64,000 bases of DNA from an uncultured Acidobacteriota bacterium (lineage in GTDB: Bacteria; Acidobacteriota; Terriglobia; Bryobacterales; Bryobacteraceae). Shown here in pieces: positions 1 through 9,255 of the stretch. The translations under genes and the position numbers were made by a program. The stretch lies in assembly GCA_902826685.1 (NCBI GenBank), contig CADEFT010000012.1:104979-168978 (forward strand), written 5' to 3'. Numbering within the stretch: the stretch's first letter is position 1; every line of letters starts with the position of its first letter. Under the pieces are notes generated by a model. It ran no database searches. It had not been told where the DNA came from and worked only from the letters and a program-made list of their open reading frames with translations.

Positions 1-164
1 AGAAGCTGCGCGAGCGTGGCCGCGAAGACGTACCAGGAACTGCCGGGCGGCATGGCGGCGATCACCAGGGCGCGATGAGGCGGCGCCGTTGCCGCCGACC
101 AGGCGGCGGCTCCCACGACGGCCGACGCGGCTACGGGGACGAACAGGCGCCGGGTCGTAATCAT
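1..164 (-). CDS. Partial (N-terminus only) exported solute-binding-type protein
   Basis: Hand translation of the minus strand from ATG at 164 gives MITTRRLFVPVAASAVVGAAAWSAATAPPHRALVIAAMPPGSSWYVFAATLAQL. It has a twin-arginine-like signal, then a segment reminiscent of TAXI/TRAP- or ABC-type periplasmic binding proteins. It starts 5 nt after the stop of the DapA-like gene and runs off the window edge. The family call is weak. Confidence 0.4.
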   Translation of the reverse strand, partial: MITTRRLFVPVAASAVVGAAAWSAATAPPHRALVIAAMPPGSSWYVFAATLAQL

Positions 165-168
165 TCGG

Positions 169-1125
169 TTAGGATACAGCCACGGTCTCAAGAGCGGGAG
201 CCAGCCGAGCTTGGGCCACGGCGGCGCGGATACGGTCGAGCATCGCTCCGGCGGGGGCAGTCACCGGTGGGCGCGTGAGGTTCGATCGCAGGCGGCCGGC
301 CAGCACCATGGCGGTTTTCATGCGGGCATGCGCGTCGCCGCTCGGCTCGCCGCTGGCGTAGACGACTTCCTTGAGCGGATTGATGCGCGCCTGAATGGCC
401 TGGGCGCGGCGCAGGTCGCCGTCGCAAACCGCCTGATAGAGCTCGACGATCGTTTCGGGAATGAACGATGCAAAGCCCACCAGCGCTCCGTCGACACCCT
501 GCACCATCGACGTCAACAGATATTCGTCATGGCAGGTGAGCATGGTCACGGCCGGGTTGGCGGCGCGGACGGCGGCGAGGTCGCGGTCGTATTTCGACAT
601 CTCGCGCGTGCCGATCTTCATCGTGGTCACGCCTGGGATGCACGCCAGTTCGGCGAGCAGTTCGGACGAATAGGCGGCCTTGGTCCAGGACGGATAGATG
701 TGCACGATCAGGTTGATGCCGACGGCCTTGGCGATGGCGGTGAAATGGTCCACCACATGCCGCGGCTGCATGCCGAAGCGGAGCCAATAATGGGGCGGCA
801 TGACCAGCAGTCCTTGCGCGCCGGCCTCTTCGGCCATTTGCGCGTGCTCCACCGCTTCCGCCACGCCTTCGCAACAGATACCGGAGATCACCGGCACCTG
901 GCCGCGCACCTCATCGGCTACGATGCGCGTCACCTCCGCCCGCTCCCTGGGACTCAGCGCGAAAACCTCGCCGGTGTGTCCATTGGTGACCAGGCCGCCG
1001 ATGCCTTTGTGTCCGGCGAGCCAGCGTGCGAAACGGCGCAACTCGGCTTCGTCGATCGAAAGGTCGTCGCGATAAGGCAGTTGCATGGCCGGAAGAATTC
1101 CGGTAAACGGTTTGACCAAAGGCAT
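169..1125 (-). CDS. Dihydrodipicolinate synthase / N-acetylneuraminate lyase family class I aldolase
   Basis: 318-aa ORF with DHDPS-family motifs: TNGHTGE, IVHIYPSW and a candidate Schiff-base Lys in TTMKIGT. It lies next to an IclR regulator, as keto-deoxy-sugar-acid aldolases often do. Confidence 0.85.
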   Translation of the reverse strand: MPLVKPFTGILPAMQLPYRDDLSIDEAELRRFARWLAGHKGIGGLVTNGHTGEVFALSPRERAEVTRIVADEVRGQVPVISGICCEGVAEAVEHAQMAEEAGAQGLLVMPPHYWLRFGMQPRHVVDHFTAIAKAVGINLIVHIYPSWTKAAYSSELLAELACIPGVTTMKIGTREMSKYDRDLAAVRAANPAVTMLTCHDEYLLTSMVQGVDGALVGFASFIPETIVELYQAVCDGDLRRAQAIQARINPLKEVVYASGEPSGDAHARMKTAMVLAGRLRSNLTRPPVTAPAGAMLDRIRAAVAQARLAPALETVAVS

Positions 1126-1146
1126 GGGGCGAACTTCTCCTTTTAT

Positions 1147-1962
1147 TCAAGCGGCCGATGCCGCTCCCGATACTCTCAAAATGCGGCTCAGTTCCACGGC
1201 CGCGCGGACGAGCGGGCCCGCCGACGTGGCGACGAAATCCTCCACCGAACTGGCGAGGGAAGGCGCCGCCACGCTGACCGCGCCGTAGGGATGTCCATCC
1301 GGATCGAGTACAGGCGCGGCCAGCGCCCGCAAGCCCGGCACGTTTTCCTGATCGCAGAGCGCATAGCCCAATTGGCGCACCCGTCCCAGGCGCCGTTCGA
1401 TTTCGGCGATGGTGACGGGCGTTTTGGGCGTATGTTTCACGCGTTCCCGCAGGCGCAACACTTCAAGCCGCCGCTCCGGCGGAAGGTAGGCGAGAATGGC
1501 GTGGCCGGCGGCGGTGCAATAAGCCGGGATGCGCGATCCGACGCGAACGTTCACGCCCAGGCGCATCCAGCCGGCCTGCACGCGCTCGATGTAGACGACC
1601 TCGGCGCCTTCGAGCACGCTGAGGCTGGCGGCTTCACTCACCTCGCCCACCAGCGAGCGCAGAATGGGTCGCGACGATTCGTGCAGATCCATGCCGGAAA
1701 GCGCCTGGAAACCGAGATCGAGCACCTTCATGGCCAGCCGGTAGCGCTTGGCGCCATCCACCTGGTGCAGATAGCCGAGCGTCACGAACGTCTTCACGAC
1801 GCGAAAGGCGGTGCCGGCGTCGAGTCCGGCCTTGGCGGCGATCTGGGACAGATTCTGTTCGGGCTCGCGGGCGGTGAAGGATTCGAGGACGCGCAATCCC
1901 TTGGCCAGCGACTGCACGGTGCTCTTCAGATCCGGACGATCGGCTTTGTCGGTTTTTCGCAT
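1147..1962 (-). CDS. IclR-family transcriptional regulator
   Basis: 271 aa. N-terminal winged HTH (LAKGLRVLESF...NLSQIAAKAGLDAGTAFRVVKTFVTLGYL) and a C-terminal IclR effector-domain pattern (AVSVAAP...). Confidence 0.9.
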   Translation of the reverse strand: MRKTDKADRPDLKSTVQSLAKGLRVLESFTAREPEQNLSQIAAKAGLDAGTAFRVVKTFVTLGYLHQVDGAKRYRLAMKVLDLGFQALSGMDLHESSRPILRSLVGEVSEAASLSVLEGAEVVYIERVQAGWMRLGVNVRVGSRIPAYCTAAGHAILAYLPPERRLEVLRLRERVKHTPKTPVTIAEIERRLGRVRQLGYALCDQENVPGLRALAAPVLDPDGHPYGAVSVAAPSLASSVEDFVATSAGPLVRAAVELSRILRVSGAASAA

Positions 1963-2040
1963 TCCGAAACAATTTCCGCCACGCGCTTCTAAACGCTATC
2001 ACGGCCCCGGCCATATGGTCAATAAAATTTGCGGGAACCA

Positions 2041-2069
2041 TTGCCCTAAGCGCGCCGGTCTGATACGAT
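2041..2069 (+). promoter_or_regulatory. Candidate sigma70-type promoter for the TonB-like receptor operon
   Basis: TTGCCC (2041-2046), 17-nt spacer, TACGAT (2064-2069). It sits in the 128-nt divergent gap between the IclR gene and the receptor gene. Each hexamer matches consensus at only 4/6. Acidobacterial promoter rules are poorly known to me. Confidence 0.2.
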
Positions 2070-2090
2070 TCTTGCCGCCTGGGGGAAACA

Positions 2091-5000
2091 ATGTTTCGCT
2101 ATCCGAAAATTCATCTCGCGGCCATGGCGCTGCTTGCGGTGTTCCAACTGCCCGCGCAGGTCACCACCGCCACGTTCTACGGAATCGTCACCGACCCGAG
2201 CGGCGCCGTGATCGCCGCCGCCGAAGCCACGCTCACCAACGAAGGCACACAGGCCACGTTGCGGCAAACGGCGGACTCGACCGGTGAGTTCGTATTCAAC
2301 TTCGTTCCGGTCGGCACGTACACGCTGCGCGTGCAGGCCAACGGATTCAAGGTGTCTCTCAACAAGGGAATTCCGTTAAGCGCGGGCGAGAGCCTGCGGC
2401 GGACGTTCGCGCTCGAAGTGGGAACGGTTAGCGAATCGGTGGAAGTGCTGTCGCAGGCTTCGCTGGTGAACACCGTATCGGCGGAGCAAAGGGAAAGCAT
2501 CGGCACCGCGCAGGTGCAGGAGCTGCCGCTCTCGCGCCGCAACGTGGCCGGGCTGGTCACGCTTTCAAGCGGGGTGACGCGCAGCGGAGGGGACGTCTAC
2601 CTGAACGGCGCGGGGCGCGGCGGCACCAGCGTCTCGGTGGATGGCACCGATGCCACGGGCAACCCGGAGCGGCCATCGCTTGCGATGTTCGGCGACTTCA
2701 ACTACATCAACGGCATCAGCATCGAGGCCGTCGGCGAAGTGCAGATCATCAAGGGCGTGATTCCGGCCGAATACACACGGTCGATGGGCGGCAATCTGAA
2801 CATCATCAGCCGGTCCGGCACCAACCAGTTCCATGGCAGCGTGTTCGAAAATTTCCGCGCCGAAAACCTGAACGCGCGGCTGCAGTTTCTTTCGACTAAG
2901 CCCGGCGTGACGTTCAATCAGTTCGGCGGCTCGATCGGCGGACCGGTGTTGCGGGACCGGCTGTTCGGTTTCTTCGTGTATGAAGGCTACCGGGAGCGGG
3001 CGTTTTCCGCGGTATCGGGCAATGTGCCCACCGAACGGCTGCGCAACGACATGCTGCGAGCGGTCCCGGCCTACAAGGCGTTCCTCGATACGTTCCCTTT
3101 GCCCAACCAGCCGCACAATCTGGCCGGTCAAACCGGACAGTTCATCGGCGCGGGGTCGTTGAAGAACGCCGACAATCACATGGTGATCAAGCCCGATTGG
3201 CGCATCACCGACAACATGAGCGCTTCGGTGACCGTCACCCGATTCCGCCCCACGCGGTCGCAGCCGCGCGTGCAGGCCATCAATTCGCGCGAATTCACCG
3301 GCGTCACCGATCGCGTTTCGGCCATCTATACGTACTTCAAGAGCCGCTGGACGTCGGAAAGCCGCTACGGCTACAACAAGAACGTCGTCGACCGGCTGGA
3401 TGCCATCTTCAACGTGATGGATACAAGCAAGACGGAGACGAAGTTCGGCGGGCGGCGCCTGCCCTGCATCAACGCCGTGGGTTTCAGCGGCTGCGGCGAG
3501 ATTCTCACGCTCGGCGCGCCGAATCATTCCTTCGATCAGAAGGTGGCGGTGATCAGCGGGCGGCATTCGTTCAAGTTCGGCGGCGTATTCTTCAAACGCA
3601 GCATTGGCCGCGCCAACATCGAGAACCCCGACATCCGCTTCCAGAATGAAGCCGACCTGCTCGCCAACATCCCCAACCTGGTGCAGATGACCTTCGGCAC
3701 CGATCTCTATCAGGCCAGGTCGAAAGAGTGGGGCATCTTCGTGCAGGACGATTTCCGGGTCAGCAAGAAGCTCGTTCTGAACTTCGGCATCCGCAACGAT
3801 TTCTTCGGCAACTATGTGGCACGGGCCGCCAACGGAGGGCCGCCGCACGCCTACAACCGCGGGTTCGCCGATTTCGGAACGTTCCAGCATACGCCGGTGC
3901 GCCCGATCGACAATCCATACAACAACGACGCCATCAACCTGGCGCCGCGCGTGGGCTTCAGCTTTAATCCGGATGGCGCGAGCAAGAATGTGATTCGCGG
4001 CGGGCTGAGCACGATGTTCACCAATCTGGCCGGCGAAACGGTGACGCAGACGGTGCAGAACTCGCTGGTGGATCCGTTCCGGTCCGCGTTCAGCCGCGCC
4101 GAAGCGTTGCAGTTCAACCTGCGGTATCCGCAGTACAACGAAGACGTGATCCGGCTGGTGGCGGGTGGCGCCAGCGGAGGCTCGCCGCGTGTAATCGACC
4201 CTCGCATCGTGTCGCCGTATGCGTTCAATCTCTACCTCGGCTACCAGCGCGAGATCTCGCAGGCGATGGCGCTTGAGACGGCCTATGCCGGCAACCGCGG
4301 CGTGAAATGGCACACCAGCCGCATGGCCAACGAAGTGAATCCGCTCACGGGCATTCGTCCCAATCCCGCGTTTGCCCGCATGGATTATTGGGACAACGCC
4401 GACAGCACGTGGTATCACTCCTGGCAGACTTCGCTGCGCTATCGCATGACCAACAGGCTGACGGCGAACGTGCATCACACCTGGTCGAAGGTGATGGCTT
4501 ACGGCGCGGGCGACATCGGATGGACTTCGACGAATACGCCGAATTTCTACGATCTGCGCTCGAACCGGGCACTGGCCGACGGCAGCCTGCTGCACGTGTT
4601 CAATGTCAACGCCGTGTATGAGCTTCCCAGGCTTCAGGGAATGACGCCCGCAGCGCGGCATCTGCTGGGCGGATGGCAGGTGGCCACGATTTTCACCGCC
4701 AGTTCCGGATCGCCCATCAACTTGGGCCACCCCACTGGCATCAGCGGAACCCGCCCCGACTATCTGGGCGGGCAGGCGGTGCTCGACAATTACCGCCAGA
4801 CGCTGGTTTACCTCAATCGCGCCTCGTTCGCCCCGGTGCCGGAGAATGCGCTGGGCAACGCGATTCGCCTGGGCAATGTGGGGCGCAACTCGCTGCGCGG
4901 ACCGGGCCGCTGGAACGCCGATATCAGCTTCGGCAAGAACTTCGCCGTGAAGGAACGCTACCGCGTGCAGATCCGCACGGATCTGTTCAATGCGTTCAAC

Positions 5001-5111
5001 CACACCAACTACGGCAACCCCGACACCAATATCGAGTCGGCCAACTTCGGCCGGATCAACAGCACAGCCGGAGCGCGCGAGATCCAACTTAACGCGCGTT
5101 TCGTCTTTTAG
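2091..5111 (+). CDS. TonB-dependent-receptor-like outer membrane protein with N-terminal carboxypeptidase-regulatory-like domain
   Basis: 1006 aa. Signal peptide (MALLAVFQLPAQV), CarboxypepD_reg-like beta-sandwich (FYGIVTDPSGAVIAAAEATLTNEGT...GTYTLRVQANGFK), a plug-like region, and a long barrel ending in a terminal aromatic residue (QLNARFVF). Confidence 0.85.
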   Translation: MFRYPKIHLAAMALLAVFQLPAQVTTATFYGIVTDPSGAVIAAAEATLTNEGTQATLRQTADSTGEFVFNFVPVGTYTLRVQANGFKVSLNKGIPLSAGESLRRTFALEVGTVSESVEVLSQASLVNTVSAEQRESIGTAQVQELPLSRRNVAGLVTLSSGVTRSGGDVYLNGAGRGGTSVSVDGTDATGNPERPSLAMFGDFNYINGISIEAVGEVQIIKGVIPAEYTRSMGGNLNIISRSGTNQFHGSVFENFRAENLNARLQFLSTKPGVTFNQFGGSIGGPVLRDRLFGFFVYEGYRERAFSAVSGNVPTERLRNDMLRAVPAYKAFLDTFPLPNQPHNLAGQTGQFIGAGSLKNADNHMVIKPDWRITDNMSASVTVTRFRPTRSQPRVQAINSREFTGVTDRVSAIYTYFKSRWTSESRYGYNKNVVDRLDAIFNVMDTSKTETKFGGRRLPCINAVGFSGCGEILTLGAPNHSFDQKVAVISGRHSFKFGGVFFKRSIGRANIENPDIRFQNEADLLANIPNLVQMTFGTDLYQARSKEWGIFVQDDFRVSKKLVLNFGIRNDFFGNYVARAANGGPPHAYNRGFADFGTFQHTPVRPIDNPYNNDAINLAPRVGFSFNPDGASKNVIRGGLSTMFTNLAGETVTQTVQNSLVDPFRSAFSRAEALQFNLRYPQYNEDVIRLVAGGASGGSPRVIDPRIVSPYAFNLYLGYQREISQAMALETAYAGNRGVKWHTSRMANEVNPLTGIRPNPAFARMDYWDNADSTWYHSWQTSLRYRMTNRLTANVHHTWSKVMAYGAGDIGWTSTNTPNFYDLRSNRALADGSLLHVFNVNAVYELPRLQGMTPAARHLLGGWQVATIFTASSGSPINLGHPTGISGTRPDYLGGQAVLDNYRQTLVYLNRASFAPVPENALGNAIRLGNVGRNSLRGPGRWNADISFGKNFAVKERYRVQIRTDLFNAFNHTNYGNPDTNIESANFGRINSTAGAREIQLNARFVF

Positions 5112-5125
5112 AGAAAGAGGAAGTC

Positions 5126-6400
5126 ATGAACCGGCGTCACTTTCTGCTGGGAGCGTCCGTGGCCGCGGCGGGCCGCCCGAAAGCCGTAGCCGCCAGCGAC
5201 AAAGTCACCATCTGTCTGATGGGTGTGGGTGGGCGCGGCAAAACGCTGGCGCAGTGGTTCGGCGCGCTGCCCGATGTGAGCATCCCGCTGGTGTGCGACG
5301 TCGATCAGAACGTCACCGGCCCGGTGATGAAAATGGTCACCGAATCTCAGGGGAAAGAACCGCGCGCGATTTCCGACTTCCGCCGTGCGCTCGAAGACAA
5401 GAGCATCGACGCCATCGTGATGGCCACGCCGCTGCACTGGCATGCGCCGGGGACGATTCTCGCCTGCGACGCAGGCAAGGATGTCTACGTGGAGAAGCCG
5501 GCTTCACACAATATCCGGGAAGGGCGCCTGATGGTGGAGGCGGCGCGCCGCAACCGGCGAGTCGTACAGATGGGCATCCAATCGCGCAGCCGTCCGGTGA
5601 CGCAGCGGTTCGTCGAGTACGTGCAATCGGGCAAGCTCGGCAAGACTCTAGCCGCGAAGGTATGGAACGTGCAGATGCGCCGCAACATCGGCCACAAAGC
5701 CGATGAGCCGGTCCCTTCGGGAGTCGAATACGACATCTGGACGGGCCCGCTCCCGATGATGCCCTTCAATCGCAACCGCTACCACGGCACCGTGAACTGG
5801 CACTGGCACTACGGCACCGGCGATATCGGCAACGATGGCGTGCATTGGCTGGACATCGCGCGGTGGGCGATGAACCTGGATTATCCGCGTCATGTTTCCG
5901 GCATGGGCTCGAAGCTTTACTTCGACGACGATCAGCAGACGCCGGACACCATGAATATCACCTACGATTACGGCACCAAGATCATCCATTTCGAGCAGCG
6001 GCTATGGAATCGCTACAGGATGGAAGGATCGGAGAACACGGTGGCCGTTTACGGCAGCGAGGGGATGGCGCAGGTGGGACGCTGGCAGGGCGGCCATCAT
6101 GAATTTCGCGTGTTCGATTCGGCGGGCAAGATGGTGGAGTCGGAGCGCGAGCCGTCGCCGGATTTCAATTCCCACGCCCGCAATTTCATCGACTGCGTAA
6201 AAAGCCGCAAGCGGAGTGAGGGAGACATCGAGGCGGGCCATATGTCCACCGTGCTCTGCCATCTGGGCAACATCGTGGCGCGCACCAGACGCGCCGTCGA
6301 ATTCGATGGCAAGGCGGAGCGCATCGTGGGCGATGCCGAAGCCAACCGTTTGGTGGCACGCGAATATCGCAAGCATTGGTCGACGCCGAAGGGAGCCTGA
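5126..6400 (+). CDS. Tat-exported Gfo/Idh/MocA-family oxidoreductase
   Basis: 424 aa. Twin-arginine signal MNRRHFLLGASVAAAG, Rossmann motif MGVGGRG, and the EKP motif VYVEKPASHN. It is a paralog of the 18558-19832 gene, which has the same length. Confidence 0.9.
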   Translation: MNRRHFLLGASVAAAGRPKAVAASDKVTICLMGVGGRGKTLAQWFGALPDVSIPLVCDVDQNVTGPVMKMVTESQGKEPRAISDFRRALEDKSIDAIVMATPLHWHAPGTILACDAGKDVYVEKPASHNIREGRLMVEAARRNRRVVQMGIQSRSRPVTQRFVEYVQSGKLGKTLAAKVWNVQMRRNIGHKADEPVPSGVEYDIWTGPLPMMPFNRNRYHGTVNWHWHYGTGDIGNDGVHWLDIARWAMNLDYPRHVSGMGSKLYFDDDQQTPDTMNITYDYGTKIIHFEQRLWNRYRMEGSENTVAVYGSEGMAQVGRWQGGHHEFRVFDSAGKMVESEREPSPDFNSHARNFIDCVKSRKRSEGDIEAGHMSTVLCHLGNIVARTRRAVEFDGKAERIVGDAEANRLVAREYRKHWSTPKGA

Positions 6401-6404
6401 GCCC

Positions 6405-7289
6405 ATGACGATCACGCGAAGAGGCTTCACGGCCCTGCCCGCCGCCCTGTGGGCGCAAACGCCGGGGCTTGCCGGTCGCGTTTGCCTTTTCACCGATCAC
6501 CTGGCCGGCTTCACGTATCCGGAAGTGGCGCGGATGTTGAAGGACCTGGGCGTCGCCGGACCCGATCTCACGGTGCGGCGCGGCGGCCTGGTAGCGCCGG
6601 AGCGCGCGGCGGAAGATCTTCCCAAGGCGATGGCGGCCTTTAAGGACCAGGGCCTGAGCGTGCCGATGATCACCACCACCATCACTTCGGCTCAGGATCC
6701 GTCGGCGCGCGGCGTGATGGAGGCGGCCTCAAAGGCCGGGATCCGCTATTACAAGCTCGGGTATTTCGCGTACAAGGATCTGGCGCGATGGAATGAGACG
6801 ATCGAATCGACGCGCGGCTCGTTGCGCGAACTGGCGGCGGCGGGCGCGAAGCTCGACCTCAGCGCGGGCATGCACAATCACGCTGGAGATTCCGTCGGGT
6901 GCTCGCTGTGGGATTCGATGGAGGCGCTACAAGGCGTCGATGCGGCGCGCGTGGGGTTTTACTTCGATCCGGCGCAGGCCACCATCGAGGGTGGGAAGAC
7001 CGGTTGGAATCTGAACTTCCGCCGCATCGCGCCCAGGCTCATGATGGTGGCGATCAAAGACTTCGTTTGGGAGAAGACGGAGAAAGGCTGGCGGACGCGA
7101 TGGGTCCCGCTGGGCGAGGGGATGGTGAACTACTCCCAATTCTTTCCGTTGCTGAAGCAGGCGGCGTTCCCGGGTCCGATTTCGCTGCATATCGAGTACG
7201 ATCCGGGCGGGAAGACAAAGACGGAGCGTTACGACAAGAGCCTGGAAGCGGCGGCGCGCGATCTGCAGTTTTTGAGGCGGCACCTTTGA
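6405..7289 (+). CDS. Tat-exported sugar phosphate isomerase/epimerase (xylose isomerase-like TIM barrel)
   Basis: Start moved to ATG 6405 (MTITRRGFTALPAALWAQ), because the longer ORF from 6216 overlaps the 3' end of the previous gene. TIM-barrel family pattern (GIRYYKLG, HNHAGDSV, ISLHIEYD). Confidence 0.8.
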   Translation: MTITRRGFTALPAALWAQTPGLAGRVCLFTDHLAGFTYPEVARMLKDLGVAGPDLTVRRGGLVAPERAAEDLPKAMAAFKDQGLSVPMITTTITSAQDPSARGVMEAASKAGIRYYKLGYFAYKDLARWNETIESTRGSLRELAAAGAKLDLSAGMHNHAGDSVGCSLWDSMEALQGVDAARVGFYFDPAQATIEGGKTGWNLNFRRIAPRLMMVAIKDFVWEKTEKGWRTRWVPLGEGMVNYSQFFPLLKQAAFPGPISLHIEYDPGGKTKTERYDKSLEAAARDLQFLRRHL

Positions 7290-8305
7290 CACGAAGAACA
7301 CTGCTGGCGGCGGCACCGGCGATTCTGCGCGCCAAGACTCTCACGGTAGGCGCCGGCGAGCACACCTACGAAGTGATTCACGATTGGGGTACGCTTCCGG
7401 CCGGACTGCGCTGGGGCAATACACACGGCGCCGTCGAGGATTCCGAAGGCCGCCTCTATATCGCGCACACCGTGCACGCTTCAAGCGAACACCGCGAGGC
7501 GCTGGTGGTGTTCGATTCGAAGGGCCGCTACATTCGCGGTTGGGGCGAGCAATTCCAAGGGGGCGCGCACGGCTTGCATCTGCGCAAGGAAGGCCGCGAG
7601 GAGTTTCTCTACTTCGTCGATACGGGCAAAGGCCGGCCCGGCGGCGGCATCAGCGCCAGACACGCGTGCCTGATTAAGATGACGTTGAAGGGCGAGGAAG
7701 TGCTGCGGATCGGGTATCCGAAGGAAGCGCCCGGCTACAAGGCGGACGGCTCCTCGAAGTTCAGCCCCACCAACGTCGCCATCGCGCCGAACGGCGACAT
7801 CTATCTGGCCGACGGCTACGGCTCCTATTACATTAATCAGTACGATGCGCGCGGCCGGTTCATCCGATCGTTTGGCGGCAGTGGAAACGGCGCGGGCCAA
7901 CTGGCGTGTCCGCATGGACTGATGGTGGATGTACGCGCGGCCGAGCCGTACCTTCTGGTGGCCGATCGCACCAATAACCGGTTGCAGCGGTTCACGCTCG
8001 ATGGCAGACACATCGGCTTTGGCGATGGCGTCCACATGCCGTGTCATTTTCATGAGCGCAACGGCGTGACGGTGGTGCCGGACCTTGCGGCGAGGCTCAC
8101 GCTGCTCGATCGTGAGAACCGCGTCATCGCGCATCTGGGCGAAGACACGGCGGGCGACTGGCAGGAGTTAAGGAAGAAGCCGCGCGGCGAGTTCCGGCCC
8201 GGCAAGTTCGTGAGTCCCCATGGCGCGTGCTTCGATCATGCGGGCAATATTTTCGTCACCGAGTGGGTCGAGGTTGGAAGAGTTACCAAGTTGAGGCGTG
8301 TTTGA
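7286..8305 (+). CDS. Tat-signal NHL-repeat beta-propeller protein
   Basis: TTG at 7286 gives (L/M)TRRTLLAAAPAILRA and overlaps the upstream TGA by 4 nt. NHL-like blades are visible: IYLADGYGSYYINQYD, GAGQLACPHGLMVD, VADRTNNRLQRFTLDG, PHGACFDHAGNIFVTEW. Confidence 0.75.
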   Translation: MTRRTLLAAAPAILRAKTLTVGAGEHTYEVIHDWGTLPAGLRWGNTHGAVEDSEGRLYIAHTVHASSEHREALVVFDSKGRYIRGWGEQFQGGAHGLHLRKEGREEFLYFVDTGKGRPGGGISARHACLIKMTLKGEEVLRIGYPKEAPGYKADGSSKFSPTNVAIAPNGDIYLADGYGSYYINQYDARGRFIRSFGGSGNGAGQLACPHGLMVDVRAAEPYLLVADRTNNRLQRFTLDGRHIGFGDGVHMPCHFHERNGVTVVPDLAARLTLLDRENRVIAHLGEDTAGDWQELRKKPRGEFRPGKFVSPHGACFDHAGNIFVTEWVEVGRVTKLRRV

Positions 8306-8310
8306 TCGTG

Positions 8311-9219
8311 TTACTTTACGGCGGCAAACGCCTTCCACAAAGGTTCGGGATCGGCTCCTTCGTGAATCGCCACCCGGTAGCGGAACCGCAGCGTCCCGCC
8401 GGACGGAATCTCCAATTTGCCGTTCTGCGATTTGTCGCGGGTGAAGTCGCGAACGCCGAAAGGATTGGCGGCGTTGAGCCCATAGCCGCGCGCATGCCAG
8501 TAAGTGGGATGGCGGGGATTGGAAGGATGATCGAGGATCGCCACACCGAGACGCTTGCCGTCGCGGGTGGTGGAGTAGTCGACCCAGCGCGAGCGCTTTC
8601 CCCAGATGGCCTTGGTGGTCTCGAGCCCTTCGGCGTTGCGCAGAGCGGCGCCGCGGTTCTCGCGGAAGTCGTCGGAATAGCGGAACCCGAGACCGCCGTC
8701 TTCGGTGTCGCCCGCGGTGACGGGCGCCCCGGCGTCCGCGCGGATGGTGATGGTGACATCGACGAAGATCAGATCGCCTTGCAAGACGAAGGCGAACTGC
8801 TGCAGAACCGACCCCAGCCGTTTCCCGCCGGCGATGAAATCGAGTTCGGCTTCCAGGCGGTTCGAACGTGTGCGCGGCTTGCCACGCAGGATCAGCTTGC
8901 CGGTCTTTTCGGGTCCCAGTTCCCGCCAGAAATCCGCTCCGCTGATGTCGCCGTGCGACCACCAGAGGCCGCGATGCCAGGCGTGGTCCTCGATCTCCCC
9001 GGTCTTTTGTTCCACCGGCCAGCGGCGCGTCACGATGGCGCCATTGGCGGTACGCAGGGGATGCAGAAACGGCTTGTCCCACTTCGATTCGTAGTGAAAA
9101 GCGGTGAAGGGCTTGCCGTCGAGCCGGACTTCCATGGCGCTGGCGCCGGGGTGGAAAGTGAAGCTGGCGGCGGTGGCGGCGTGGACGCACGCAAGCGCGG
9201 TCAAAAGAGAAATCTTCAT
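8311..9219 (-). CDS. PmoA-like / DUF6807-family secreted protein
   Basis: 302 aa. Signal peptide MKISLLTALACVHAATA. The motifs KPFLHPLRT, HAWHRGLWWSHGD, GGLGFR and WVDYS are, as I recall, typical of the 'methane oxygenase PmoA'-named Pfam family. That family accompanies Gfo/Idh/MocA genes in Planctomycetes, Verrucomicrobia and Acidobacteria. Confidence 0.7.
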   Translation of the reverse strand: MKISLLTALACVHAATAASFTFHPGASAMEVRLDGKPFTAFHYESKWDKPFLHPLRTANGAIVTRRWPVEQKTGEIEDHAWHRGLWWSHGDISGADFWRELGPEKTGKLILRGKPRTRSNRLEAELDFIAGGKRLGSVLQQFAFVLQGDLIFVDVTITIRADAGAPVTAGDTEDGGLGFRYSDDFRENRGAALRNAEGLETTKAIWGKRSRWVDYSTTRDGKRLGVAILDHPSNPRHPTYWHARGYGLNAANPFGVRDFTRDKSQNGKLEIPSGGTLRFRYRVAIHEGADPEPLWKAFAAVK

Positions 9220-9255
9220 TCGGGCTCCAAGTTCCTCCTGAGTATACTCAACGGT

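Noticed and set aside
211-1992. 593-aa plus-strand ORF across the DapA-like and IclR genes
   Set aside because: It is a shadow ORF that crosses two independently recognisable minus-strand genes and their intergenic gap, and it has no domain signature.
2565-5087. 840-aa ORF antisense to the first TonB-like receptor gene
   Set aside because: This is a typical high-GC shadow ORF. It is Arg/Ala/Gly/His-rich with no recognisable domain, and it lies entirely inside a gene with a clear family signature on the other strand.
8311-9219. Possible particulate methane monooxygenase subunit, suggested by the family name PmoA
   Set aside because: No pmoB or pmoC genes are present. The protein is a single-domain secreted protein rather than a polytopic membrane protein, and the family name is historical.
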